From NCBI GenBank assembly GCA_964187785.1, contig OZ076415.1, positions 68,262,001 through 68,326,000 on the forward strand: a stretch of 64,000 bases of DNA. Reading direction: 5' to 3'. A program made the translations under genes and the position numbers. Position 1 is the stretch's first letter. Every line of letters begins with the position of its first letter. Source of the stretch: Amphiscolops sp. MND2022 (taxonomy: Eukaryota). Positions 13,579 to 25,850 of this stretch are shown one piece after another. Under the pieces are notes generated by a model that worked only from the letters and a program-made list of their open reading frames with translations, did no database searches and had not been told where the DNA came from.

Positions 13579-13650
13579 TGACGTCATAGGGAAATAAAGA
13601 GTAACGGAAGTAGCTGAGACTCTTTTACAACACTTCCTGAGTCAGGAAGT
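13579..13650. promoter_or_regulatory. Cluster of CRE/ETS/AP-1-like motifs at the start of the triplicated unit
   Basis: TGACGTCA at 13579, CGGAAGT at 13605, palindrome ACTTCCTGAGTCAGGAAGT at 13632-13650. Motif match only. Confidence 0.3.
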
Positions 13651-16600
13651 AAGAAACAACATCAAAAAAGTTTCTTTGACATTCATTTCATTCTTTCATC
13701 GATTAATTTATTGACCTCAAATTTTCACTTCTCCAGTATACAGCTTGAATATACCTCGAATAGTGAGTGATACAGGTCAAAAAATTGCTAAAGTTCAAAT
13801 GAGCGAAATTTTTGTTTCATGGCTTGATAAAATCACTCTCGATCTCTAAAATTCAATTCTAGCATTTAATAATCGTGTACTTTGGTCAATGGAAACATTT
13901 CCAAGAAGCCTCAAAATTTCCATGAGTAAGAAAATAATAGAAATCTGCCAATATGATTGTTTTCTTAGTATCTGAGAAAATGATTAGGAACAACCATTCA
14001 TGTATTATACCTGCATGTATACAAGTACGAAAGATGAAAACATTCAAATAGATAAAAATAGGCGAAACAATGCTGTATTTTTTTTTCTCTTTAAATAAAG
14101 CAGTTTCCAAAAAAAAATTCATCGCAAAAATTTCACTCCGAAGGTCGTTCTCGCGTTACAACCACCACAAAAGTTTTCCATAATCTGTCAAAACCTTGGG
14201 ATATATCACCCTAACATTCCTGCTTTTTCACAGGAGAAGAAAAGGTCGATGAAAAGAGTCGCTAACAGTACGAGGTTTTTTGCCCAAAAGAGCGCTTGCC
14301 GCAATATTGTTTCAACAACTCAACTCTGTAAATATTCCCGCATCAATTTTATTGCGACATTTTTCGTTCAATATTCATAGCTCTATCTATCCTGCATAAA
14401 TTTGCAAGAAGCCAAAGGTAAAGACTGTTTTGACATGTCCTTTTCAGCTGAATTGCGCAATATGTTAGCTCACTGTAATTGCGCGTTGGCAAAATATAAG
14501 TAAAATCACACCAAACTTCACGTCCGAAAACAGCAAATTAGACACATTTATGACCAAAATTGTATCAGACGCAATGCCAGAGTCATTTTCCTCTGAAATT
14601 GTAAAATCTTAAGGTTTTCAGATATACCCAAAGTGCAAATCATAAACTTTACAATCTCCCCCCAAAATACTTGATCGTGATAATGATGCCTGGAATTTAT
14701 CCCTTCTAAACTTCTATATCCTCCCATGGGCGTGATTTTTGCTGGTCAGAATTTTCGAGAGTGGACTGAGGGTGGTTGGGTTGTCTTATATATATTTGCG
14801 AATACAGACTTAACGATGATCATTTTCATTTATTAAAAAATTCAAAGGGCATGAAAGATGGAAATTTGTGTCGAAATGAGGCAAATAAGATAAGAAAAGT
14901 TAACAGAAGTTTCCGATCCCAGCCGGCGCTGAGTCAGGAAGTAAGAAACAACATCAAAAAAGTTTCTTTGACATTCATTTCATTCTTTCATCGATTAATT
15001 TATTGACCTCAAATTTTCACTTCTCCAGTATACAGCTTGAATATACCTCGAATAGTGAGTGATACAGGTCAAAAAATTGCTAAAGTTCAAATGAGCGAAA
15101 TTTTTGTTTCATGGCTTGATAAAATCACTCTCGATCTCTAAAATTCAATTCTAGCATTTAATAATCGTGTACTTTGGTCAATGGAAACATTTCCAAGAAG
15201 CCTCAAAATTTCCATGAGTAAGAAAATAATAGAAATCTGCCAATATGATTGTTTTCTTAGTATCTGAGAAAATGATTAGGAACAACCATTCATGTATTAT
15301 ACCTGCATGTATACAAGTACGAAAGATGAAAACATTCAAATAGATAAAAATAAGCGAAACAATGCTGTATTTATTTTTCTCTTTAAATAAAGCAGTTTCC
15401 AAAAAAAATTCATCGCAAAAATTTCACTCCGAAGGTCGTTCTCGCGTTACAACCACCACAAAAGTTTTCCATAATCTGTCAAAACCTTGGGATATATCAC
15501 CCTAACATTCCTGCTTTTTCATAGGAGAAGAAAAGGTCGATGAAAAGAGTCGCTAACAGTACGAGGTTTTTTGCCCAAAAGAGCGCTTGCCGCAATATTG
15601 TTTCAACAACTCTGTAAATATTCCCGCATCAATTTTATTGCGACATTTTTCGTTCAATATTCATAGCTCTATCTATCCTGCATAAATTTGCAAGAAGCCA
15701 AAGGTAAAGACTGTTTTGACATGTCCTTTTCAGCTGAATTGCGCAATATGTTAGCTCACTGTAATTGCGCGTTGGCAAAATATAAGTAAAATCACACCAA
15801 ACTTCACGTCCGAAAACAGCAAATTAGACACATATCTGACCAAAATTGTATCAGACGCAATGCCAGAGTAATTTTCCTCTGAAATTGTAAAATCTTAAGG
15901 TTTTCAGATATACCCAAAGTGCAAATCATAAACTTTACAATCTCCCCCCAAAATACTTGATCGTGATAATGATGCCTGGAATTTATCCCTTCTAAACTTC
16001 TATATCCTCCCATGGGCGTGATTTTTGCTGGTCAGAATTTTCGAGAGTGGACTGAGGGTGGTTGGGTTGTCTTATATATATTTGCGAATACAGACTTAAC
16101 GATGATCATTTTCATTAATTAAAAAATTCAAAGGGCATGAAAGATGGAAATTTGTGTCGAAATGAGGCAAATAAGATAAGAAAAGTTAACAGAAGTTTCC
16201 GATCCCAGCCGGCGCTGAGTCAGGAAGTAAGAAACAACATCAAAAAAGTTTCTTTGACATTCATTTCATTCTTTCATCGATTAATTTATTGACCTCAAAT
16301 TTTCACTTCTCCAGTATACAGCTTGAATATACCTCGAATAGTGAGTGATACAGGTCAAAAAATTGCTAAAGTTCAAATGAGCGAAATTTTTGTTTCATGG
16401 CTTGATAAAATCACTCTCGATCTCTAAAATTCAATTCTAGCATTTAATAATCGTGTACTTTGGTCAATGGAAACATTTCCAAGAAGCCTCAAAATTTCCA
16501 TGAGTAAGAAAATAATAGAAATCTGCCAATATGATTGTTTTCTTAGTATCTGAGAAAATGATTAGGAACAACCATTCATGTATTATACCTGCATGTATAC

Positions 16601-17503
16601 AAGTACGAAAGATGAAAACATTCAAATAGATAAAAATAAGCGAAACAATGCTGTATTTATTTTTCTCTTTAAATAAAGCAGTTTCCAAAAAAATTCATCG
16701 CAAAAATTTCACTCCGAAGGTCGTTCTCGCGTTACAACCACCACAAAAGTTTTCCATAATCTGTCAAAACCTTGGGATATATCACCCTAACATTCCTGCT
16801 TTTTCATAGGAGAAGAAAAGGTCGATGAAAAGAGTCGCTAACAGTACGAGGTTTTTTGCCCAAAAGAGCGCTTGCCGCAATATTGATTCAACAACTCTGT
16901 AAATATTCCCGCATCAATTTTATTGCGACATTTTTCGTTCAATATTCATAGCTCTATCTATCCTGCATAAATTTGCAAGAAGCCAAAGGTAAAGACTGTT
17001 TTGACATGTCCTTTTCAGCTGAATTGCGCAATATGTTAGCTCACTGTAATTGCGCGTTGGCAAAATATAAGTAAAATCACACCAAACTTCACGTCCGAAA
17101 ACAGCAAATTAGAAACATTTATGACCAAAATTGTATCAGACGCAATGCCAGAGTCATTTTCCTCTGAAATTGTAAAATCTTAAGGTTTTCAGATATACCC
17201 AAAGTGCAAATCATAAACTTTACAATCTCCCCCCAAAATACTTGATCGTGATAATGATGCCTGGAATTTATCCCTTCTAAACTTCTATATCCTCCCATGG
17301 GCGTGATTTTTGCTGGTCAGAATTTTCGAGAGTGGACTGAGGGTGGTTGGGTTGTCTTATATATATTTGCGAATACAGACTTAACGATGATCATTTTCAT
17401 TTATTAAAAAATTCAAAGGGCATGAAAGATGGAAATTTGTGTCGAAATGAGGCAAATAAGATAAGAAAAGTTAACAGAAGTTTCCGATCCCAGCCGGCGC
17501 TGA
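13637..17503. repeat. Tandem triplication of a ~1.29-kb unit (13637-14928, 14929-16214, 16215-17499)
   Basis: Each unit starts CTGAGTCAGGAAGTAAG and ends GATCCCAGCCGGCG. The array ends in a fourth CTGA. Copies differ by a few substitutions and small indels. Confidence 0.97.
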
Positions 17504-18618
17504 TGACCGATTAGAGAATATATACACTTGGTCCAATCTACAAATGGTAATAAGGGAAAAAAGCGGTGAAATGGCGCAAAAAATGACTGAGGTTTTTTTT
17601 TGCGAATCAGAAGGAAATATTTTCAACAGAAGACATTGCCTGTTAAAATGAGTCTAATGAAATTCAGAAAAAGTGATACATGATATTAAGATTAATACCA
17701 AAAAAAGATATAACAAGATGCCCGCTAAGCCCCGGGTCATTTCCGCGTAGAACTATTACGGCAACAATTTGTTTAAAGGCTCGACCGTATCCAGTTATCT
17801 ACGAAACTGCAAAAGAGTTTGAAAAGTTTGAAACAATTGACCTGCTAAAGAAATCTGCACTATTTTGTACAAGAGTATGATAGGTAGCTAGTTATGTTTT
17901 TAAACCACGTGGAAACTCAAACCGGTTAGCGTGAAGCTATGGTTTTGAAAGGTTTTACTCAAAATCACCAAGAAGGTCTGACTGATCAGCGTAGCACTTT
18001 TTGTTTTCTCCGCCAAAGTGTTTTTTTTGTCAGGACCATATAAAACTTAGCTAGGAATGTAGGACTTGCTCAAGGCCAAACAATGATGAGTTGAGAAAAG
18101 TTCGAACCTAATTCCGCAGCAATAAAGGCCCAAACCCCTAACCACCTAACCAAGGTTCTTCGAAATTGAACGTTTTTTACACCATTCGGTTTACTTTTTG
18201 CAATTTTTGGATTGAGTTTTTCTTTGGTAAAAGAGCTAATTGAGAGGTTAAGTTTTTGTTTATCAATTTTTTGGTTTTTCATTCCCACGGACACAAACGA
18301 AAATTGTTCAAAAAACACGAAATTGTTAATTCTTGCCTTTTTGCCCTTTATGGTCAATTAAGGCTTTTTCAAATAGCAAATTTTTGCAAAAAATCAAAAC
18401 CTAAAATCAAAACAAAATTGTAGGAAAAACTGGCGAAAATTAAATGTTCCTTTTTTGCATTTTGGCTTTTTTGGGCATACTGTGGACTAGTCGACAGTTT
18501 TTGAAGAGCTCTTCAATTTTCAAACAGAGTTAGAATAAAGATTTTGTTTCTCATCTGGCAAAGAAAGAAATAGCATCTGATTCCTCAGTGTTTCGTAATT
18601 TTATTGATAACTCTAGAT

Positions 18619-18785
18619 GAGAAAAAGTGCATTCCTTGCAAGGATCTTGCAAGATCCTCGCTTTTAATGCAATCATTGAAAATTCTTGTGACTAATGTAT
18701 TCTTTGCAACAATCTTACAAGGAATTGTGATCCTTGCAAGATCTTCCAAGAAGCACTTTCTTTGAAAAAAAAACGCATTTCCACC
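18619..18785. mobile_element. Short degenerate relative of the CTTGCAAG-repeat MITE
   Basis: gcattccttgcaaggatcttgcaagatcc matches the TIR of the element at 46532-47371. Confidence 0.55.
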
Positions 18786-19652
18786 AATAATTGATAAAAA
18801 TCGTCTTTATGTATTCAGGATCTGTTTAGACCACCAAAAATTTTGCCCAGGGAAAATTTCAGTATCGTTTAGAAGCTAGAATGTCACTTGATTGTACCAG
18901 TTACGCTGAGCGAAAAGTTTCTGATGAAATATTTAATTTGCTGAAATGTCTATTACGTCATTGGGCGAGACAATTTGGCGGCGTGTAGACAGAAAAATGA
19001 CTGGTTTTGTCTGACTCTTGACACTGAAAGCAATGAATTCAAACATTGTCTGTTACTCTAGGCAGCAAAAAGACGATCAAATGGTGAAAATAGGTTCTAT
19101 GTTTCCATGCAGAAGTCTCAGATTTGCTTGTCAGTTTGTCAAATTCAATCATTTCTACTGTGCTTCCTTCCCAAGGTTCCGAAATATTGATAGTGGGAGA
19201 ATGTTCAAAGAAAAATACCGTAGAGAAGAGAGTGAAAGGAAAGAAAATGAACCCCACGGACTTATATTGAACTACTCGGAATACATTTTACCCTACAACA
19301 TAGGAGCTATAGTATAAATTATAGATGAAAAATGTATTTTTATGAATGGATCCTTCCATGGAAATATCTTTTTCATCTATAATTTACGTCTTGAAAAATT
19401 ATCACCAATAAATAAACGTATCGAATATCATTGCCACTGTGAGAATTTTCAAAGATTTTAAATACTTTTATCTCTATGTGAAAAAAACAAGCCCTGGATA
19501 AATTTGGAAACTGGATTCCAAGCGAAACTGGAATTCTGAATGGTTTCGAAAGCATGACATACGTGAACCTCTCATGTACTTACTTCTTGAAATTTGAAAC
19601 CATTACTGCGAAGTTTTTGACAACAGATTTAGTCGATAACTTGACGACACCG

Positions 19653-22600
19653 GTTGAAGGATTTTGCAAAAACATCGAAAACATTCATGCAAAAAATCAC
19701 CAGTTGAAGTATTTTGCAAAAACATCGAAAACATTCATGCAAAAAGTCACCATTTGAAGAATTTTGCAGAAACATCGAAAAGATTCATGCAAAAAGTCAC
19801 CAGGTGAAGGATTTCGAAAAAACATCGAAAACATTCATTCAAAAAGTCACCAGTTGGAGGATTTCGAAAAAACATCTAAAACATTCATGCAAAAAATTAC
19901 CTGTTGAAGGATTTTGCAAAAACATCGAAAACATTCATGCAAAAAGTCACCAGTTGAAGGATTTTGCAGAAACATCGAAAACATTCATGCAAAAAGTCAC
20001 CAGGTGAAGGATTTACCAAAAACATCAAAAACATTCATGCAAAAAGTCACCAGTTGAAGGATTTTGCAAAAACATCGAAAAGATTCATGCAAAAAGTCAC
20101 CAGTTGAAGGATTTTGCAAAAAACTCAAAAACATTCATGCAAAAAGTCACCAGTTGAAGGATTTTGCAAAAACATCGAAAACATTCATGCAAAAAGTCAC
20201 CAGTTGAAGGATTTTGCAAAAACATCGAAAACATTCATGCAAAAAATTACCTGTTGAAGGATTTTGCAAAAACATCGAAAACCTTCATGCAAAAAGTCAC
20301 CAGTTGAAGGATTTTGCAGAAACATCGAAAACATTCATGCAAAAAGTCACCAGCTGAAGGATTTTGCAAAAACATCGAAAACATTCATTTAAAAAGTCAC
20401 CAGTTGGAGGATTTCGAAAAAAACATCTAAAACATTCATGCAAAAAAGTCACCAGTTGAAGGATTTTGCAAAAACATCGAAAACATTCATGCAAAAAGTC
20501 ACCATTTGAAGAATTTTGCAGAAACATTGAAAAGATTCATGCAAAAAGTCACCAGGTGAAGGAGTTCGAAAAAACATCGAAAACATTCATTCAAAAAGTC
20601 ACCAGTTGGAGGATTTCGAAAAAACATCTAAAACATTCATGCAAAAAAATACCTGTTGAAGGATTTTGCAAAAACATCGAAAACATTCATGCAAAAAGTC
20701 ACCAGTTGAAGGATTTTGCAGAAACATCGAAAACATTCATGCAAAAAGTCACCAGGTGAAGGATTTACCAAAAACATCGAAAACATTCATGCAAAAAGTC
20801 ACCAGTTGAAGGATTTTGCAAAAACATCGAAAACATTCATGCAAAAAGTCACCAGTTGAAGGATTTTGCAAAAAACTCGAAAACATTCATGCAAAAAGTC
20901 ACCAGTTGAAGGATTTTGCAAAAACATCGAAAACATTCATGCAAAAAGTCACCAGTTGAAGGATTTTGCAAAAACATCGAAAACATTCATGCAAAAAAGT
21001 ACCTGTTGAAGGATTTTGCAAAAACATCGAAAACCTTCATGCTAAAAGTCACCAGTTGAAGGATTTTGCAGAAACATCGAAAACATTCATGCAAAAAGTC
21101 ACCAGCTGAAGGATTTTGCAAAAACATCGAAAACATTCATTTAAAAAGTCACCAGTTGGAGGATTTCGAAAAAACATCTAAAACATTCATGCAAAAAAGT
21201 CACCAGTTGAAGGATTTTGCAAAAACATCGAAAACATTCATGCAAAAAGTCACCATTTGAAGAACTTTGCAGAAACATTGAAAAGATTCATGCAAAAAGT
21301 CACCAGGTGAAGGAGTTCGAAAAAACATCGAAAACATTCATTCAAAAAGTCACCAGTTGGAGGATTTCGAAAAAACATCGAAAACATTCATGCAAAAAAT
21401 TACCTGTTGAAGATTTTGCAAAAACATCGAAAACATTCATGCAAAAAGTCACCAGTTGAAGGATTTTGCAAAAACATCAAAAACATTCATGCAAAAAGTC
21501 ACCAGTTGAAGGATTTTGCAAAAACATCGAAAACATTCATGCAAAAAGTCACCAGTTGAAGGATTTTGCAGAAACATCGAAAACATTCATGCAAAAAATC
21601 ACCAGGTGAAGGATTTACCAAAAACATCGAAAACATTCATGCAAAAAGTCACCAGTTGAAGGGTTTTGCAGAAACATCGAAAACATTCATCCAAAAAGTC
21701 ACCAGGTGAAGGATTTTGCAAAAACATCGAAAACATTCATGCAAAAGTCACCAGTTGAAGGATTTTGCGGAAACATCGAAAACATTCATGCAAAAAGTCA
21801 CCATTTGAAGAATTTTGCAAAAACATTGAAAACATTCATGCAAAAAGTCACCAGTTTAAGGATTTTGCAAAAACATCGAAAACATTCATGCAAAAAATTA
21901 CCTGTTGAAGGATTTTGCAGAAACATCGAAAACCTTCATGCAAAAAGTCACAAGGTGAAGGAGTTCGAAAAAACATCAAAAACGTTCATTCAAAAAGTCA
22001 CCAGTTGGGGGATTTCGAAAAAACATCGAAAACATTCATGCAAAAAATTACCTGTTGAAGGTTTTTGCAAAAACATCGAAAACATTCATGTAAAAAGACA
22101 CCAGTTGAAGTATTTTGCAAAAACATCGAAAACATTCATGCAAAAAGTCACCAGTTGAAGGATTTTGCAAAAACATCGAAAACATTCATGCAAAAAGTCA
22201 CCAGTTGAAGGATTTTGCAGAAACATCGAAAACATTCATGCAAAAAGTCACCAGGTGAAGGATTTTGCAAAAACATCGAAAACATTCATGCAAAAAGTCA
22301 CCAGTTGAAGGATTTTGCAGAAACATCGAAAACATTCATGCAAAAAGTCACCATTTGAAGAATTTTGCAAAAACATTGAAAACATTCATGCAAAAAGTCA
22401 CCAGGTGAAGGATTTTGCAAAAACATCGAAAACATTCATGCAAAAAGTCACCAGTTGAAGGATTTTGCAGAAACATCGAAAACTTTCATGCAAAAAGTCA
22501 CCATTTGAAGAACTTTGCAAAAACATTGAAAACATTCATGCAAAAAGTCACCAGTTGAAGGATTTTGCAAAAACATCGAAAACATTCATACAAAAAGTCA

Positions 22601-25341
22601 CCATTCGAAGAATTTTGCAAAAACATTGAAAACATTCATGCAAAAAGTCACCAGTTGAAGGATTTTGCAAAAACATCGAAAACATTCATACAAAAAGTCA
22701 CCAGTTGAAGGATTTTGCAAAAACGTCGAAAACATTCATTCAAAAAGTCACCAGTTGGAGGATTTCGAAAAAACATTGAAAACATTCATGCAAAAATTCG
22801 CCAGTTGAAGGATTTTGCAAAAACATCGAAAAGATTCATACACAAAGTCACCATTTGAAGAATTTTGCAAAAACATCGAAAACATTCATGCAAAAAGTCA
22901 CCAGTTGAAAGATTTTGCAGAAACATCGAAAACATTCATGCAAAAAGTCACCATTTGAAGAATTTTGCAAAAATATTGAAAACATTCATGCAAAAAGTCA
23001 CCAGTTGAAGGACTTTGCAAAAACATTGAAAACATTCATACAAAAAGTCACCATTTGAAGAATTTTGCAAAAACATTGAAAACATTCATGCAAAAAGTCA
23101 CCATTTGAAGAATTTTGCAAAAACATTGAAAACATTCATGCAAAAAGTCACCAGTTGAAGGATTTTGCAAAAACATCGAAAACATTCATACAAAAAGTCA
23201 CCAGTTGAAGGATTTTGCAAAAACATCAAAAACATTCATTCAAAAAGTCACCAGTTGGAGGATTTCGAAAAAACATCGAAAACATTCATGCAAAAATTCG
23301 CCAGTTGAAGGATTTTGCAAAAACATTGAAAACATTCATGCAAAAAGTCACCAGTTGAAGGATTTTGCAAAAACATCGAAAACATTCATGCAAAAAATTA
23401 CCTGTTGAAGGATTTTGCAAAAACATCGAAAACTTTCATGCAAAAAGTCACCAGGTGAAGGAGTTCGAAAAAACATCGAATACGTTCATTCAAAAAGTCA
23501 CCAGTTGGGGGATTTCGAAAAAACATCGAAAACATTCATGCAAAAAATTACCTGTTGAAGGTTTTTGCAAAAACATTGAAAACATTCATGCAAAAAGTCA
23601 CCAGTTGAAGTATTTTGCAAAAACATCGAAAACATTCATGCAAAAAGTCACCAGTTGAAGGATTTTGCAAAAACATCGAAAACATTCATGCAAAAAGTCA
23701 CCATTTGAAGGATTTTACAGAAACATCGAAAACATTCATGCAAAAAGTCACCAGGTGAAGGATTTTGCAAAAACATCGAAAACATTCATGCAAAAAGTCA
23801 CCAGTTGAAGGATTTTGCAGAAACATCGAAAACATTCATGCAAAAAGTCACCATTTGAAGAATTTTGCAAAAACATTGAAAACATTCATGCAAAAAATCA
23901 CCAGGTGAAGGATTTTGCAAAAACATCGAAAACTTTCATGCAAAAAGTCACCAGTTGAAGGATTTTGCAGAAACATCGAAAACTTTCATGCAAAAAGTCA
24001 CCATTTGAAGAATTTTGCAAAAACATTGAAAACATTCATGCAAAAAGTCACCAGTTGAAGGATTTTGCAAAAACATCGAAAACATTCATACAAAAAGTCA
24101 CCATTTGAAGAATTTTGCAAAAACATTGAAAACATTCATGCAAAAAGTCACCAGTTGAAGGATTTTGCAAAAACATTGAAAACATTCATGCAAAAAGTCA
24201 CAAGGTGAAGGATTTTGCAAAAACATCGAAAACATTCATACAAAAAGTCACCAGTTGAAGGATTTTGCAGAAACATCGAAAACATTCATGCAAAAAGTCA
24301 CCATTTGAAGAATTTTGCAAAAACATTGAAAACATTCATGCAAAAAGTCACTAGTTGAAGGATTTTGCAAAAACATCGAGAACATTCATACAAAAAGTCA
24401 CCAGTTGAAGGGTTTTGCAAAAACATCGAAAACATTCATTCAAAAAGTCACCAGTTGGAGGATTTCGAAAAAACATCGAAAACATTCATGCAAAAATTCG
24501 CCAGTTAAAGGATTTTGCAAAAACATTGAAAAGATTCATACACAAAGTCACCAGTTGGAGGATTTTTCAAAAACATCGAAAACATTCATACAAAAAGTCA
24601 CCAGTTGAAGTATTTTGCAAAAACATCGAAAACATTCATACAAAAAGTCACCAGTTGAAGGATTTTGCAAAAACATCGAAAACATTCATTCAAAAAGTCA
24701 CCAGTTGGAGGATTTCGAAAAAACATCGAAAACATTCATGCAAAAATTCGCCAGTTGAAGGAGTTTGCAAAAACATCGAAAAGATTCATACACAAAGTCA
24801 CCAGTTGAAGGATTTTGCAGAAACATCGAAAACATTCATACAAAAAGTCACCAGTTGAAGGATTTTGCAGAAACATCGAAAAGATTCATGCAAAAAGTCA
24901 CCAGGTGAAGGATTTTGCAAAAACATCGAAAACATTCAAACAAAAAGTCACCAGTTGGAAGATTTTTCACAAACATCGAAAACATTCATGCAAAAAGTTA
25001 CCTGTTGAAGGATTTTGCAGAAACATCGAAAAGATTCATGCAAAAAGTCACCAGTTGAAGGATTTTGCAAAAACATCGAAAACATTCATTCAAAAAGTCA
25101 CCAGTTGGAGGATTTCGAAAAAACATCGAAAACATTCATGCAAAAAGTCACCAGTTGAAGGATTTTGCAAAAACATCGAAAACATTCATTCAAAAAGTCA
25201 CCAGTTGAAGGATTTCGAAAAAAACATCGAAAACATTCATTCAAAAATTCGCCAGTTGAAGGGGTTTGCAAAAACATCGAAAATATTCATTCAAAAAGTC
25301 ACCAGGTGAAGGATTTTGCAGAAACATCGAAAACATTCATG
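19653..25341 (+). repeat. 50-bp satellite, about 114 monomers (GTTGAAGGATTTTGCAAAAACATCGAAAACATTCATGCAAAAAGTCACCA)
   Basis: Exact 50-bp periodicity (caaaaagtca at 22141 and 22191). Variant monomers recur at 751-752 and 1500 bp spacings. Confidence 0.99.
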
Positions 25342-25388
25342 GTTTAAAAAAGGCATCATGATCTGATCTTTACTTGAAAGTGTTTCAG

Positions 25389-25702
25389 GCTGGAGACACA
25401 AGTCGTCGAAGGAAAAGCTGCAAATCACGATTCTCATGATTTTCGGCACTCCGTTGTGGCTGCTGGCGTTTCTGCTTCTGCCCCCCACCAAGACCGTGGA
25501 CCGCTACCTGCAGATTCCTCTGCTGAAGTTCGTGGCCAACATCGTCATGTACCTCGTGTTCATCTTCATCTCCTCTTGGAACCAGATCAAACTCATCTCG
25601 CCCGTGACCGAGGACCTCAGCACCGACCCCTTCCGCCACGGGTCCCCCATCAAGTGGTTCGAGGTGTACATCTTCTTCTGGATGATTGGCAGCATGTTCC
25701 AG
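25389..25702 (+). CDS. TRPC: TRPC-family channel, internal exon (pre-S1 to S2)
   Basis: Acceptor tgtttcag at 25388, donor CAG|gtacgc at 25703. Encodes WRHKSSKEKLQ...YLQIPLLKFVANIVMYLVF, matching the TRPC pre-S1 P..KF...SY pattern. Strongly GC3-rich. Confidence 0.9.
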
Positions 25703-25753
25703 GTACGCACACCACACCCACACTACATGTGAGAGGGCAAGCCTCACTAATTT

Positions 25754-25850
25754 AGTGTCAAACAACCCCCTTGTTTTCATTTGAGTTCAAGGTTAGGTTA
25801 GGCTAACCTAACCTTGAACTCAAATGAAAACAAACAGGTTGTTTGACACT
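25754..25850. repeat. 97-bp near-perfect palindrome with a TTAGG/CCTAA core
   Basis: Arms AGTGTCAAACAACC...TTGTTTTCATTTGAGTTCAAGGTTAGGTTAG and its reverse complement, with a 1-nt loop at 25802 and one 3-nt internal mismatch. Confidence 0.95.

Noticed and set aside
13637-14928. Triplicated unit as an snRNA, SL RNA, 5S or histone cluster
   Set aside because: No U1, U2, U4, U5, U6, 5S or histone signature found on either strand. Sm-like T runs alone are not enough.
17524-18486. Possible CAC-terminated (Transib-like) element
   Set aside because: The ends match only weakly and no TSD was found.
19653-25341. CRISPR-like regular array (also 59047-59531 and 62382-62519)
   Set aside because: Head-to-tail repeats with no unique spacers, no cas genes, and a eukaryotic context.
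19714-25347. Many K/H/S-rich ORFs (MQKHRKHSCKKSP...)
   Set aside because: They are translations of the 50-bp satellite, whose period is not a multiple of 3.
25385-25780. Overlapping ORFs in other frames and on the opposite strand of TRPC exons (also 27199-27447, 28406-28908, 29342-29743)
   Set aside because: Shadow ORFs caused by codon bias of the real exons.
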